NCBI RefSeq assembly: GCF_003072485.1
Contig: NZ_CP025989.1
Span: 1 to 32,000, forward strand
Length of the DNA: 32,000 nt
Reading direction: 5' to 3'
Source of the DNA: Candidatus Fokinia solitaria
GTDB taxonomy: Bacteria > Pseudomonadota > Alphaproteobacteria > Rickettsiales > Midichloriaceae
The notes beneath the pieces are model-generated. The model made no database searches, was not told the DNA's origin, and saw only the letters and a program-made list of their open reading frames with translations. Shown here in pieces: positions 8,509-19,056 of this stretch (positions within the stretch are counted from its first letter, which is position 1; the number at the start of each line of letters is the position of its first letter). The position numbers and the translations under genes were made by a program.

Positions 8509-9771
8509 TTAATGTTTTAGCGAGTTGAAGATTTTTTCAAATGTACTTGGAAGAAATTCTTTCTCGTTCTTTTTGAACCACTCTTTGATTATTTCTAAGC
8601 AATCTACGGATAAATGATTAAGAAATCCTTCGAGAGATATCATTCCTTTATGCATCATCGCTAAATTTGGATTCATATCAATGTCGAAGTTATCTACTAT
8701 GGACAGTAATTCTTTTAACAAAGTTGAAATCGCATATTCTTTCTTCGAATTTTGCACCGCTATCATGATGCTTCTGCATGCTATTGAGAAGGTGTATTTT
8801 GTAGAGGGATTTAAATATGATGCTTGTATATGAAGTTCCGCTACGTCGTCATAATTTTCTTCTAGAAAAGCTTTTATAATCCTTCCAAAAACTCTTCCAT
8901 CTTTTTTAGATATACTACCTATCATTCCAAAATCTAAAGCGACTACGCTATCATTGTGAAATAGAAAATTTCCTATATGTGGATCTGCATGAAAGAAACA
9001 GTCAATGTAAATTTGAGAGAGGACAAAATCCGCCACCATTCTTGCTATGTATTCTCTTTTTTCGACAATAGAGTTATCTGTTACAGATATTCCATCAATC
9101 CACTCCATCACAAGCATTTTATTTGTAGAGTGTTTTAATTCTAGTTTTGGTATTTTTATATTACATCTTCGTGTTGTATAAGAATGATGCATTCTTTCTA
9201 TTGTTGCTGCTTCCATATATAAATTGAACTCACTTTTTGACGTAATATTTATATTTTCTACTATTCTCAATAGCTTCATTCTTATTTTTTTTGATAGCAC
9301 TATGGAGTGCTTTATTATAAAGGATATAAAAGAAATATTATCATAAAATCTCTGCTCTATGTTTTGTTTTAATAATTTTACGGCATAGACGTTATTATCA
9401 ACTTCTACTTTATATACTTCAGCTATTGAGCCAGCGGCTATAAATGTGATATTTTTTGTATTTGGAAAGCTATTTCTAATCCTATTCATAGATGTGGTAG
9501 GATTTTGTATAGTGACGTTATCGTATAATTTTTCAAATTCGCTAACTATTTCGTAATTTATTACATCTTGTCTTGTAGAAAGTACCTGCCCTAGTTTTAC
9601 AAACGCAGGACCTAAGTCAGTCATGATAACGCATAATGTTTTACCGACATTACGTAATGCAAGTTTTTTCTTATGCGAAGCTTTATGACAATTATAAAGT
9701 ATTACGTAAAAAAGAATTTTTGCAGAGCACGGCTTTAGCAGTAATCTAAGTGACTTGAAAAAGTACCGCAT
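8509..9771 (-). CDS. ubiB: ABC1/UbiB family atypical kinase (ubiquinone biosynthesis regulator)
   Basis: GPAFVKLGQVLSTRQD (KxGQ), AAGSIAEVYKV (A-rich loop), YAVKLL, MEWIDGISV, FHADPHIGNFLFHNDSVVALDFGMIG. Confidence 0.88.
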   Translation of the reverse strand: MRYFFKSLRLLLKPCSAKILFYVILYNCHKASHKKKLALRNVGKTLCVIMTDLGPAFVKLGQVLSTRQDVINYEIVSEFEKLYDNVTIQNPTTSMNRIRNSFPNTKNITFIAAGSIAEVYKVEVDNNVYAVKLLKQNIEQRFYDNISFISFIIKHSIVLSKKIRMKLLRIVENINITSKSEFNLYMEAATIERMHHSYTTRRCNIKIPKLELKHSTNKMLVMEWIDGISVTDNSIVEKREYIARMVADFVLSQIYIDCFFHADPHIGNFLFHNDSVVALDFGMIGSISKKDGRVFGRIIKAFLEENYDDVAELHIQASYLNPSTKYTFSIACRSIMIAVQNSKKEYAISTLLKELLSIVDNFDIDMNPNLAMMHKGMISLEGFLNHLSVDCLEIIKEWFKKNEKEFLPSTFEKIFNSLKH

Positions 9772-9896
9772 TAAAGATATAGAAGGATAATGACTTAAGT
9801 TGTTACATATTTTATGTATAGTGTAACTTGCCTTAGAATGAAACTTCTAAGTCGTAATTGTTTGTGAGAATTGATGTATTTTGTGCGTCATTTACA

Positions 9897-10883
9897 CTAC
9901 CTCTCTTGTTTCCGAGTGAAGTATCTTACGATTTCCGGTATTACGAAAATGCTTAAAATAATTAATATAGAAAACGTATTGTTAATCTCATAATGCGCGA
10001 TTTTTAGCAACATTTTGCTACCTACGAAAATCAGTGTAAATCCTAAGCTTAATTCTAAAAATAACGCAGTATGTATTATTCCTGAAAGGAAATGATATAT
10101 CGTTCTCAGTCCTAGTACAGCAAAAGCATTTGATGAGAAGATAATAAAGCTACTATCTGTCACTGAAGCTATTGCAGGTATTGAGTCTAATGCGAAGAGT
10201 AAATCCGCCTTCTCTACTAGTAATAATATTCCGAATAATCTTGTTATTACCAGAGTACCATCACGTATAACAAAAAATTTATCTCCTATATAATCTTTAT
10301 CAAATGTTATTCGTAATTTACGCAAGATTATTGGTGAGAATTTCGTTAGCCATCTAATGAATATCCCAGCTTCTTTCTCTTCATGTTTTGCAGCGACGAT
10401 ATTGCTTTTAGAATGATTTTTTTTAAAAAATTTATTCACAACTTTTATACCTCCTACGAGTAAAATAGCGCCAAAAATTGCTATAATCCAGTTGAATTTT
10501 GCTATTATAGGTATACCTAGTAGTATGATAGTCATTCTCATCATGATTGCGCCTATTATACCCAACATTAAGATCTTGTACTGCTGTTTTTTGCTGATTT
10601 TAAAAGCATCAAATAACATTATAAAAACAAATACATTATCTATGCTAAGTGATAATTCAATCAAATACCCTGTGATAAACTGTTCAACGAATGATATGTC
10701 TCGTGTATAGAAATAGAAATACGTCATGAAGCATACTATTGATGCAGTCAACACATACAGTACGGTGCTTATGTTTTCACTTTTTTGCGCTTGTTTTGAA
10801 TGTTTGTTATGTAACACGAATTCAAACATTATGAGGACTACAAACAGTATAAAAGTCCCAATCCAATGATATATGGAGAACAT
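9897..10883 (-). CDS. TerC/Alx family integral membrane protein
   Basis: ELSLSIDNVFVFIMLFDAF, LFALDSIPAIASVTDSSFIIFSSNAFAVLGLRTIYHFLSG. Confidence 0.88.
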   Translation of the reverse strand: MFSIYHWIGTFILFVVLIMFEFVLHNKHSKQAQKSENISTVLYVLTASIVCFMTYFYFYTRDISFVEQFITGYLIELSLSIDNVFVFIMLFDAFKISKKQQYKILMLGIIGAIMMRMTIILLGIPIIAKFNWIIAIFGAILLVGGIKVVNKFFKKNHSKSNIVAAKHEEKEAGIFIRWLTKFSPIILRKLRITFDKDYIGDKFFVIRDGTLVITRLFGILLLVEKADLLFALDSIPAIASVTDSSFIIFSSNAFAVLGLRTIYHFLSGIIHTALFLELSLGFTLIFVGSKMLLKIAHYEINNTFSILIILSIFVIPEIVRYFTRKQER

Positions 10884-10911
10884 TTTCCTTTATCGAAGTT
10901 TATTTAAATTT

Positions 10912-12213
10912 CTACCGTTTCTGTGCATCGTTACGTGCGAGATAGAATATAGTCCATATGTAGAAGCATAACAGAGTCACGTATAACATAAGATACATTG
11001 GAAATGTGAAAGAGAGCTTTGTACCGGATACTACTTTTGAAAGTGCTTCTGTACGAGTTAAAATATTAAAGACTAAATACGGTTGTCGTCCTACTTCACT
11101 GACATACCATCCTGCTATATTAGCTATCCACCCAGAAAAAGTCATGAGAATAAGAGTAATATTTAGAAATTTGTTATAACGTTTCCTTATTATCACGCGA
11201 TATGCGCCATAGATACCGACGAAAAGCATTAAAAATCCCATTCCAACCATTATTCGAAAAGCAAAAAATACCGGTAATACTGGAGGATGTGTTTCAAAGC
11301 TATCTATACCTTGCACCTCTCCATTCCAGCTATGAGTCAGTATCAAGCTGCTTAATTTTGGAATTTCTATCGAGTATGCAGTTTCTGCTTTTTTTTCATT
11401 CGGTATGCCAAAAATCACAAGAGGTATACCTTTTTCTGTCTTCCATAATCCTTCCATAGCAGCGATTGCGGCAGGATTATGCTTCAACACGTTAAGTCCA
11501 TGCAAATCTCCTAGAATTATTTGTATCGGCAGCAATACTACAATAAGAAATATACCGAAATTCTTACCCTTTGTTACGCTTTCATTATTACTGTTTTTTA
11601 TTTCCTTATACGTCTCTACTCCTGCTATGAGAAATGCTGCAGTAATACCCGAGCCTATTAGTACATGCGAAAATTGGTAAGGAAACGACGGATTAAATAT
11701 GATTTGAAACCAATCCTTTGCGATGACTACGTCATTCACAATCTCAAACCCCGCTGGAGTATGCATCCAACTATTTAAGCTGATGATCCAAAATGCAGAT
11801 AGCGTAGTGCCGATAGCGACAAGAAGAGTTGCAATATCATGTAATATATTTGGCACTCTACCAAATCCAAAAAGCATTATACCGAGGAAAGTAGCTTCCA
11901 AAAAGAAAGCGCTTAGCACTTCATTACCAAGCAAAGGCCCTGCTATGTTACCAACTTTTTCCATAAAACCTGGCCAATTCGTACCAAATTGGAATGACAT
12001 TGTTACGCCGCTTACGATGCCAAAAGTGAAAGAAAGTCCAAATATTTTCGTCCAGAACATGTATAATTTCTTCCAACTTTCGGATTTGCTTTTATTGAAA
12101 GCATACTTGAAGTATAGCAATATCCAGCTCAAAGCAATCGTAATCGATGGAAATAAGATGTGAAAAGTGATATTGGCTGCAAATTGCAACCTTGCTAACA
12201 TCTCAGCTGTCAT
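10912..12213 (-). CDS. cydA: Cytochrome bd ubiquinol oxidase subunit I
   Basis: MLARLQFAANITFHILFPSITI, GVTMSFQFGTNWPGF, FSHVLIGSGITAAFL, FRIMVGMGFLML, GWYVSEVGRQPYLVF. Confidence 0.95.
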   Translation of the reverse strand: MTAEMLARLQFAANITFHILFPSITIALSWILLYFKYAFNKSKSESWKKLYMFWTKIFGLSFTFGIVSGVTMSFQFGTNWPGFMEKVGNIAGPLLGNEVLSAFFLEATFLGIMLFGFGRVPNILHDIATLLVAIGTTLSAFWIISLNSWMHTPAGFEIVNDVVIAKDWFQIIFNPSFPYQFSHVLIGSGITAAFLIAGVETYKEIKNSNNESVTKGKNFGIFLIVVLLPIQIILGDLHGLNVLKHNPAAIAAMEGLWKTEKGIPLVIFGIPNEKKAETAYSIEIPKLSSLILTHSWNGEVQGIDSFETHPPVLPVFFAFRIMVGMGFLMLFVGIYGAYRVIIRKRYNKFLNITLILMTFSGWIANIAGWYVSEVGRQPYLVFNILTRTEALSKVVSGTKLSFTFPMYLMLYVTLLCFYIWTIFYLARNDAQKR

Positions 12214-12332
12214 AACGCACAAATTAACCCTACATACTGGTAAATTGTATCATTATTTCAGAGAGTTTGCAAAATCATACTAAACGATGTACAATGCACT
12301 TTGACTTAATGTGGAAAGTATCTGGTGTATCT

Positions 12333-12827
12333 ATGCAAGAACCTTTTCAAATAGGTGACAGAGTCATCTATCCGTCCAGAGGAATAGGACAAATAGAAAG
12401 CGAGTGTAATACGGAAATTGCTGGAGTTATCATCTCATCTTATGAAATAGTTTTCATCAATGATAAGGTGAGGGTGAAAGTGCCAAAGGATAAAATTGAG
12501 ACTGTAGGTTTGCGTCATATTAGTACGAAACAGGAGTTAGAGAATGCAATCTCTGTGCTTAGAAGTCCGAAAACTCCAAGGAGAGGAATGTGGGGAAGAA
12601 TAGCAAGAGAATATGCTGCTAAGATAGCATCAGGAAACTTATCTGAGATTGCTGGAGTGTTGCGCGATCTGTACAGTTCTAATATGGCTGATGTATCAAG
12701 TGGTGCGAAAAAGCTATATGAAAGTGCATTAATACTTTTTAGTACAGAATTTAGCATAGTTTTTGACTGTGAATTGGAAGAAGCTAAGCGTTACGTGATC
12801 GGTATACTGCACTATAGAGAGCATTAA
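12333..12827 (+). CDS. carD: CarD family transcriptional regulator
   Basis: FQIGDRVIYPSRGIGQIES...YEIVF..DKVRVKVPKDKIETVGLR; start chosen at ATG 12333 (track ORF begins at upstream TTG 12267). Confidence 0.88.
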   Translation: MQEPFQIGDRVIYPSRGIGQIESECNTEIAGVIISSYEIVFINDKVRVKVPKDKIETVGLRHISTKQELENAISVLRSPKTPRRGMWGRIAREYAAKIASGNLSEIAGVLRDLYSSNMADVSSGAKKLYESALILFSTEFSIVFDCELEEAKRYVIGILHYREH

Positions 12828-12940
12828 ATGCGTCAATACTCTCCTTTCCTCTACTAGAGAGCTTATATCTCCGATATGATATTTTTTCTTATGGAGATTT
12901 GTGAGATGTGCTATTTCTTACTATTCTGCTGTCGTTGTTT

Positions 12941-13633
12941 TCAATATTTTGACCATCCAGTCAGGTATTTGTGAGTGATGAATGTATCTTGCGAAGAGAA
13001 AAGAGAAAGGCTACTTTCCGATGTGATCAATATGTAGTCCAGTATCTTTATATTCGTATTATGCAACATATCATAGAGGCGAGGTATTATCAAAAGTGCG
13101 TATGCCATGTCTGTGCAATTGTAATGCACCATAACGACAGATACTGCTTTTCTTGCTACTGCCAATCTCAGAAATTCTTCTTCATCGCATTTTGATTTGC
13201 CATCTATAGTTACTCCAATTACATCAGAGGCAATTAGCATATTATCCTCATTTAAAGTTAGTATCTTTAATATCTTACAACTCTCATGAGGTACTTTTAA
13301 TTCGCAATATCTTATTACGCTAATGCAGCTATCTAATGTAATACGCTTTATACCGCTATCATACATATAGCAACGGTAAAAAAGTTCTGATATTACGGCG
13401 AAAAATTCCTCTACTCCTGTACCGATATTTTTCTCATCTTTTATATCTCTATATTCGTGAAATATTGTCTTTAGAGACGTATATTTTCCTAATAAGCTTT
13501 TTGCCAATTTGTTGGTATCTCTTCTACTAAATACCTGAAATAATAACATCTCTAGCAAATGCTCTTCTCTAGTAGTGCCAAATTTTGCTTTACGAAACAG
13601 ATTTCTTATTCTCTTTCTATGGCCTAACGACAT
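12941..13633 (-). CDS. RadC-like (JAB/MPN domain, DUF2466) protein with degenerate metal-binding motif
   Basis: HRKRIRNLF..LLEMLLFQVFSRRDTNKLAKSLLGKY (RadC N-domain), EEEFLRLAVARKAVSVVMVHYN..., KILDYILI (aligned with RadC RVLDHLIIG). Confidence 0.75.
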   Translation of the reverse strand: MSLGHRKRIRNLFRKAKFGTTREEHLLEMLLFQVFSRRDTNKLAKSLLGKYTSLKTIFHEYRDIKDEKNIGTGVEEFFAVISELFYRCYMYDSGIKRITLDSCISVIRYCELKVPHESCKILKILTLNEDNMLIASDVIGVTIDGKSKCDEEEFLRLAVARKAVSVVMVHYNCTDMAYALLIIPRLYDMLHNTNIKILDYILITSESSLSLFSSQDTFITHKYLTGWSKY

Positions 13634-13748
13634 TAATATTTTTGAACAATAAAATATGTCGCGTATAGTACATTGAAGTAAAGGCGATGATCAAGCTTAC
13701 TTTGCCATATTTGTAGTGAAGAGAATATCAAAAATACTTTTTAGGAAA

Positions 13749-14417
13749 TTAAAATAAAAATGATATTTTAAGTGATAATGATGGCATGACGAGTTTCAAA
13801 ATATTATTTGCATTCTTTTCATCCCACATTTCGTCATTCATATTTTGTTGCGTCGGTGCCATTCGATCTCCTTGTGCAAGATGTACTTCGTCATCTTCTG
13901 ATATATCGTTATGAAGTCCTTCATTCATTCCAGCGTTAGAGAAGAGTGTATAACTTAATTGTGTTGAGAGAATATTTTTATAATCAAACTTAATGCCAGC
14001 ACTTACACTAATAGCTTGCGCTTTATTGGTACGTGATCTTCTTGTGCTATTTATGCTATACTCGACATGATGTGCTGTAATTGTACCATAACCACCAACG
14101 CTGAATTCTTCTAATTTTTTCATATACCCATAAGAAAATGGTGTTGATAATATCCATGATATTTTAACTTTCTTGCTACTTATATTACACAATCCTGCCC
14201 CTACTCCACCTGATGCGTATGAAAAAAATTTACCAATCGTTTGAAGATAATGAATTCTATCGTAATCAAATGTTACTACCTCAGAGTTAGCAGATTTTAT
14301 CTTAGAATAGCTTACGCCAATGCTGTTGACATAATTTGCCGCATGCCCTTCTTTATGAAGAGTTATGACGTTTATTGCAATGCCACAAATAAGCAGAACA
14401 ATATACCTTGTACACAT
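13749..14417 (-). CDS. Predicted secreted outer-membrane beta-barrel protein
   Basis: N-terminal signal peptide-like segment (IVLLICGIAINVITLHKEGHAA), alternating hydrophobic strands, C-terminal aromatic SLSLKISFLF (OMP C-terminal signal). Confidence 0.5.
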   Translation of the reverse strand: MCTRYIVLLICGIAINVITLHKEGHAANYVNSIGVSYSKIKSANSEVVTFDYDRIHYLQTIGKFFSYASGGVGAGLCNISSKKVKISWILSTPFSYGYMKKLEEFSVGGYGTITAHHVEYSINSTRRSRTNKAQAISVSAGIKFDYKNILSTQLSYTLFSNAGMNEGLHNDISEDDEVHLAQGDRMAPTQQNMNDEMWDEKNANNILKLVMPSLSLKISFLF

Positions 14418-14596
14418 ATGACTCTTTCTCGCGTATGATAAAAAAAATTTTGTGTATTATATATGAAGAATGGCGCGCTTTCAATGCTCAATTCGCCGAT
14501 TATTTGCGGAGATATTGTTATGAATGTAAATTTCATAATAAAATTCTCTCTGTGATATAAAGATGATAGGAAATCATAATATTGTACTTCATATAC

Positions 14597-14624
14597 TTGA
14601 CTTTATAAGAGAAATTTTTATACC
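14597..14624 (+). promoter_or_regulatory. Candidate sigma70-type promoter for rplU-rpmA
   Basis: TTGACT - 16 nt - TATACC, 33 nt upstream of the rplU ATG. Confidence 0.3.
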
Positions 14625-14656
14625 ATCAGCGTTACTTATTGAATGTGAAATGTCTT

Positions 14657-14956
14657 ATGTTTGCCGTAATATCAGAAGGTGCAAAGCAGTATTTAGTATC
14701 GCTTGGTTCCGTGATAAAGATCGAAAGAGTGAATCAAAATGTAGGAGAGAAGTTTGAATGCAGTAATGTAATAATATGTTCTGATGGTAACGAGTCTTCT
14801 ATGCGCAAAGGTAAGGTGGTGTGCGAAGTTACCGAGCATGCGAAAGATGATAAAATCTTAATCTTTAAGAAACGAAGAAGGCATACGTATAGAAGGCTTC
14901 GAGGGCATAGGCAGTGCGTTTCTTTTGTGAAAGTTGTGGATATAGTGCTGCATTAA
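14657..14956 (+). CDS. rplU: 50S ribosomal protein L21
   Basis: MFAVISEGAKQYLVSLGSVIKIERV...GKVVCEVTEHAKDDKILIFKKRRRHTYRRLRGHRQ; adjacent to rpmA. Confidence 0.92.
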   Translation: MFAVISEGAKQYLVSLGSVIKIERVNQNVGEKFECSNVIICSDGNESSMRKGKVVCEVTEHAKDDKILIFKKRRRHTYRRLRGHRQCVSFVKVVDIVLH

Positions 14957-15004
14957 GCATTGTATCAAAGAATTTAGTGTTATATATGTAATTTATTGTA
15001 AGTT

Positions 15005-15286
15005 ATGGCAACCAAGAAGGCGGGCGGTAGCTCGAGAAACGGTCGTGATTCCAGAGGGAGGCGGCTTGGATTAAAACGCTCTGGAGGACAAGCTGTAAGA
15101 GCTGGTAACATAATTGTGAGACAGCGTGGTACTAAATATCATCCTGGAGTCAATGTAGGGCTTGGTAAAGATCATACTATATTTGCATTGTGTGATGGAT
15201 ATGTTGTCTTTAGAAGAGGTTATAAAGATCGTAATTATGTGAGTGTCTCAAGCATTTCTCCGTATACATGTTCCGCAAGTAATTAG
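15005..15286 (+). CDS. rpmA: 50S ribosomal protein L27
   Basis: [62 protein letters not shown]. Confidence 0.98.
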   Translation: MATKKAGGSSRNGRDSRGRRLGLKRSGGQAVRAGNIIVRQRGTKYHPGVNVGLGKDHTIFALCDGYVVFRRGYKDRNYVSVSSISPYTCSASN

Positions 15287-15304
15287 AGAAATAGCAATTT
15301 TGTG

Positions 15305-15838
15305 ATGAATTCGAAAGGCGAATTGATACATTCTAGATATAGTTGGGATCAGTACTTCATGAGTATGGCTTATATGGCTTCAATGAAGAGCAAAGATCCA
15401 AAGACTAGAGTTGGATGTGTGATAGTAGGTAATTCTTCCTCCATATTAAGCACTGGATATAATGGACTCTCTCGTAATGTGGAAGATCTAGCTTCGCGCT
15501 ATCATTCTTCAGAATTGAAGTACGCAATGTCTAATCATGCCGAAGAAAATGCAATACTGAATGCCGCAAGAAATGGAATAAAAATCGATGATGCTACGCT
15601 TTATACGAATTGGATGCCATGTATTGCGTGTAGCAAGAGTATAATCCAAGTAGGTATAAAAAGAGTTGTGTATCACACTGAATATCCTGGTAATGCTAGC
15701 GATGTAGCACATAATCCAAAACACGGATTTGATATTGCAAAAGTGATACTGCAAGAAGCCAATGTGTTGTTAGAAGGAGTAAGCTGCGAAATTATCAAAA
15801 TAAGAGGATTATATAAATTCAAGAAAATTGATGTATAG
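15305..15838 (+). CDS. dCMP deaminase family protein
   Basis: SWDQYFMSMAYMASMKSKDPKTRVGCVIV, NHAEENAILNAA, TNWMPCIACSKSIIQVGIKRVVY. Confidence 0.9.
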   Translation: MNSKGELIHSRYSWDQYFMSMAYMASMKSKDPKTRVGCVIVGNSSSILSTGYNGLSRNVEDLASRYHSSELKYAMSNHAEENAILNAARNGIKIDDATLYTNWMPCIACSKSIIQVGIKRVVYHTEYPGNASDVAHNPKHGFDIAKVILQEANVLLEGVSCEIIKIRGLYKFKKIDV

Positions 15839-15990
15839 CATTTTAACCTTATTTAGAGAGATAATTATCGCATAATTCACTTCTCAAAGTTACTCTTTTC
15901 TTACGCCGTAAAATGTTTTCTCGAAAAAAATAGAGAATTTTTGAATTGCGTGTAATATTTCATTTCGTCTGATAAAAATTAGTTATCTGT

Positions 15991-16344
15991 ATGCAGAATA
16001 TGTATGATGTAGTATGTAAGCCGTCAATTGAGAGATTAAGGCAAGCGAAAGCATACGATATATGTTGTTACGCTATAAAGGATTCGATAATTGCAGAATA
16101 CGTAATTATAGCGGAGTGTACTTCCACAAGGCATGCTATATCCACTGCAAACGATATATTAGAGTATTTGAAAATTCTTGGTATATCTTCCGCAATGGTA
16201 GAAGGCATAAGAAGCGGCGAATGGATTCTTTTAGATATAGGTACGGTAATAATGCACATCTTTACAAAGGAATCGAGAGAATATTATAGTCTTGAAGAGT
16301 TTATGACAAATTCTGGCGCTATTATAATGCAAGGAGAGGTATGA
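15991..16344 (+). CDS. rsfS: Ribosomal silencing factor RsfS (Iojap family)
   Basis: [50 protein letters not shown]. Confidence 0.9.
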   Translation: MQNMYDVVCKPSIERLRQAKAYDICCYAIKDSIIAEYVIIAECTSTRHAISTANDILEYLKILGISSAMVEGIRSGEWILLDIGTVIMHIFTKESREYYSLEEFMTNSGAIIMQGEV

Positions 16345-18158
16345 AAAGAAAAACTCAGCAGTATATCAGAAACTTTTCCATCATTGCGCATATAGATCAT
16401 GGAAAGTCTACTATAGCAGATAGGCTAATTGAAGCATGTAAAGGAGTAGAGATGCGCGATATGAAAGCGCAGATCCTCGATTCAATGGATATAGAGAAAG
16501 AGCGTGGTATCACTATAAAAGCGCAAACTGTGAGGCTACTCTATACAGCATCGGATGGAAATGAGTATATACTCAATCTTATAGATACTCCGGGACATGT
16601 AGATTTTAGCTATGAAGTAAGCCGATCTCTTGCTGCCTGTGAGGGAGCTATTTTGGTGGTAGATGCGTCTCAAGGTGTTGAAGCACAAACTCTTGCTAAT
16701 GTGTACAAAGCGATAGATGCAGAGAATGAGATTATTCCTGTACTCAACAAAATAGATTTGCCCGCAGCAGATCCGGATAAAGTAGCTATGCAAATACGTG
16801 ATATTATTGGCCTTGATATAGCAAATATCATCAAAGTCTCTGCTAAAACAGGTGTAGGCATTGCTGATATTTTAGAAGGTATAGTAAAGCTTTTACCACC
16901 TCCAGGAGGCGATATCGATAAACCGCTTAAAGCGCTATTATTGGATAGTTGGTATGATAAATACTTAGGAATTGTAGTCTTAGTCCGTGTGATAGATGGA
17001 GAAGTCAAAAAAGGTGATGAAATTGTAATGATGTCAAGTAATGCTAAATATACTGTAGAAAATATAGGGATATTTACACCGAAAAAAGTAAATGTAGATT
17101 CTCTGAGTGCTGGCGAATGTGGCTTTATAGTAGCGACAATAAAACAGGTAAAAGATTGTAAAGTAGGCGACACTATTACTAATGGAAGATTTCCATGCGA
17201 TAAGGCTTTACCTGGCTTTAAACCGAGTCTTCCAGTAGTATTTTGCAGCATATATCCAGTGGACAGTACGGAATTCTCACTTTTAAAAGAGAGTTTAGAA
17301 AAACTGAATCTCAATGATGCTAGTTTTACTTATGAAACGGAAAATTCAGCTGCGCTTGGTTTTGGTTTTAGATGTGGTTTTCTCGGAATGCTACACTTTG
17401 AGATTATTCAAGAAAGAATAGAAAGAGAATTTAATGTTGGTCTTGTTACCACTCCTCCGAGTGTGATATACAAAGTCACTCTCTTTTCCGGAGATAATAT
17501 CGATGTGCATAATGCAGCAGATATGCCCGATCCATCAAGAATAAGAAGCATGCAAGAACCATGGATCAAAGCTGTTATGATGACGCCGGATCAGTATATA
17601 GGAGTGATACTAGAATTATGTAATTCTAAGAGAGGAGAGCATGTAAGTCTTACGTATTCTGGTGATAGAGTAGTCATTACTTACATGTTACCTTTGAACG
17701 AAGTAGTGTATGATTTTTATGATAAATTGAAATCTTGTTCACGAGGGTATGCTAGTTTTGATTGGGAGAAAGCTGATTACAGAGATGGAGATCTAGTAAA
17801 ACTTAATATTATGATTAATGGTGAAAGTGTAGATGCGATGTCTACTATCATACATCGGACGCGTGCTGAAAGTAGAGGACGGGAAATATGCGAAAGATTG
17901 AGTAAACTTATACCAAAGCATATGTTTCCTATACCGATACAAGCTGCAATAGGAGGAAAGATCATAGCAAGAGAGACAATTAGCGCATTGAGAAAGAATG
18001 TGACAGCTAAGTGCTATGGTGGAGATATCACAAGAAAAAGAAAATTGCTTGAGAAGCAAAAAGAAGGTAAGAAGCGTATGAAATCTATAGGAAGAGTAGA
18101 CGTACCGCAGTCAGCGTTTGTATCTTTGCTAAAAGGCGAAATAAAAAATGATAATTGA
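16341..18158 (+). CDS. lepA: Elongation factor 4
   Basis: [76 protein letters not shown]-terminal [46 protein letters not shown]. Confidence 0.99.
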   Translation: MKRKTQQYIRNFSIIAHIDHGKSTIADRLIEACKGVEMRDMKAQILDSMDIEKERGITIKAQTVRLLYTASDGNEYILNLIDTPGHVDFSYEVSRSLAACEGAILVVDASQGVEAQTLANVYKAIDAENEIIPVLNKIDLPAADPDKVAMQIRDIIGLDIANIIKVSAKTGVGIADILEGIVKLLPPPGGDIDKPLKALLLDSWYDKYLGIVVLVRVIDGEVKKGDEIVMMSSNAKYTVENIGIFTPKKVNVDSLSAGECGFIVATIKQVKDCKVGDTITNGRFPCDKALPGFKPSLPVVFCSIYPVDSTEFSLLKESLEKLNLNDASFTYETENSAALGFGFRCGFLGMLHFEIIQERIEREFNVGLVTTPPSVIYKVTLFSGDNIDVHNAADMPDPSRIRSMQEPWIKAVMMTPDQYIGVILELCNSKRGEHVSLTYSGDRVVITYMLPLNEVVYDFYDKLKSCSRGYASFDWEKADYRDGDLVKLNIMINGESVDAMSTIIHRTRAESRGREICERLSKLIPKHMFPIPIQAAIGGKIIARETISALRKNVTAKCYGGDITRKRKLLEKQKEGKKRMKSIGRVDVPQSAFVSLLKGEIKNDN

Positions 18159-18169
18159 TTTTTCTTCTA

Positions 18170-18901
18170 TTAGAAATTTTTATTAACGGCTTCCATATTG
18201 CTTTTGACCGCTATTCTATTATCGAAAACGAAGCAATCTCCTATCCATTTTGAGTCGGAAGAAGTTCCGCATTCTTGAAGATATCTTATAATTCCGCCAT
18301 CTAGATGAAACACATTGTGAAATCCTTTCATTTTAAGGTACGATGTGGTCTTTTCACATCTTACACCTCCAGTGCAGTACATTGCGATTGCATTATCCTT
18401 GTCAAGTGTGGCGACATAATCATCAAGCCAGTGAAAGAATTCTGAGAAATTTTCCACTTTTGGATCTATTGCATCTTTAAAAATGCCGACGCAAGTCTCG
18501 TAGCTATTTCTAGTATCTATAAGCTTTGTGTGCTTATCATCAAGTAGTGCATTCCATTCACGAAATTTTAAGTAGGTACCTGGAGAAAATGGTATATCAT
18601 CAATTCCTCTTACTGTAATAATTTGAGGCTTGATTTTTACCTTCAACTTTTCAAATGGATGAGAATGAGAGTAATTTATTTTATAATCCATAGCATGTCT
18701 CGTGATTTTTGAGATCTCGTCTAAAACTTGTGCCTCTCTCTCAGAAGACACGGAAATAGTCGCATTCAATCCTTCTTCAGCTATCAGTATAGTGCCTTTC
18801 ACATTATTTTTTGTCAGCAAATCCTTTAGTTGTGTTTGTATTTCTACCGTATTTGCGATGCGGAAGAATTTATAAAATGTTGCTATTGAGAATTGTGACA
18901 T
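18170..18901 (-). CDS. trhO: Rhodanese-domain tRNA uridine(34) hydroxylase TrhO/YceA
   Basis: FYKFFRI, GTILIAEEGLNATIS, TYLKFREWNALLDD, LIDTRNSYE, MYCTGGVRCEKTTSYLK; ATG 18901 preferred over GTG 18943. Confidence 0.9.
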   Translation of the reverse strand: MSQFSIATFYKFFRIANTVEIQTQLKDLLTKNNVKGTILIAEEGLNATISVSSEREAQVLDEISKITRHAMDYKINYSHSHPFEKLKVKIKPQIITVRGIDDIPFSPGTYLKFREWNALLDDKHTKLIDTRNSYETCVGIFKDAIDPKVENFSEFFHWLDDYVATLDKDNAIAMYCTGGVRCEKTTSYLKMKGFHNVFHLDGGIIRYLQECGTSSDSKWIGDCFVFDNRIAVKSNMEAVNKNF

Positions 18902-19056
18902 TTCAGAAAAAGACTGATAACTCCAGTAAGCTTTGTCTAGCACATACCTGTAATAATCTCAACTATAAGACTCAACTTAAATGCCTATTTTCAATATGGC
19001 TTGTATTTTTTCCGTAAATTGTTTAAATTTCGATCACTAAAATTTTGGTCGTATAT

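Noticed and set aside
14904-14918. Short repeat ATAGGCAGTGCGT shared by the end of rplU and the region upstream of 16S (~27640)
   Set aside because: A 13-mer repeated once in 32 kb is expected by chance; no extended similarity around it.
16670-17314. 214-aa minus-strand ORF antisense to lepA
   Set aside because: Lies entirely inside the strongly conserved lepA frame; composition is that of an antisense shadow ORF with no recognisable domain.
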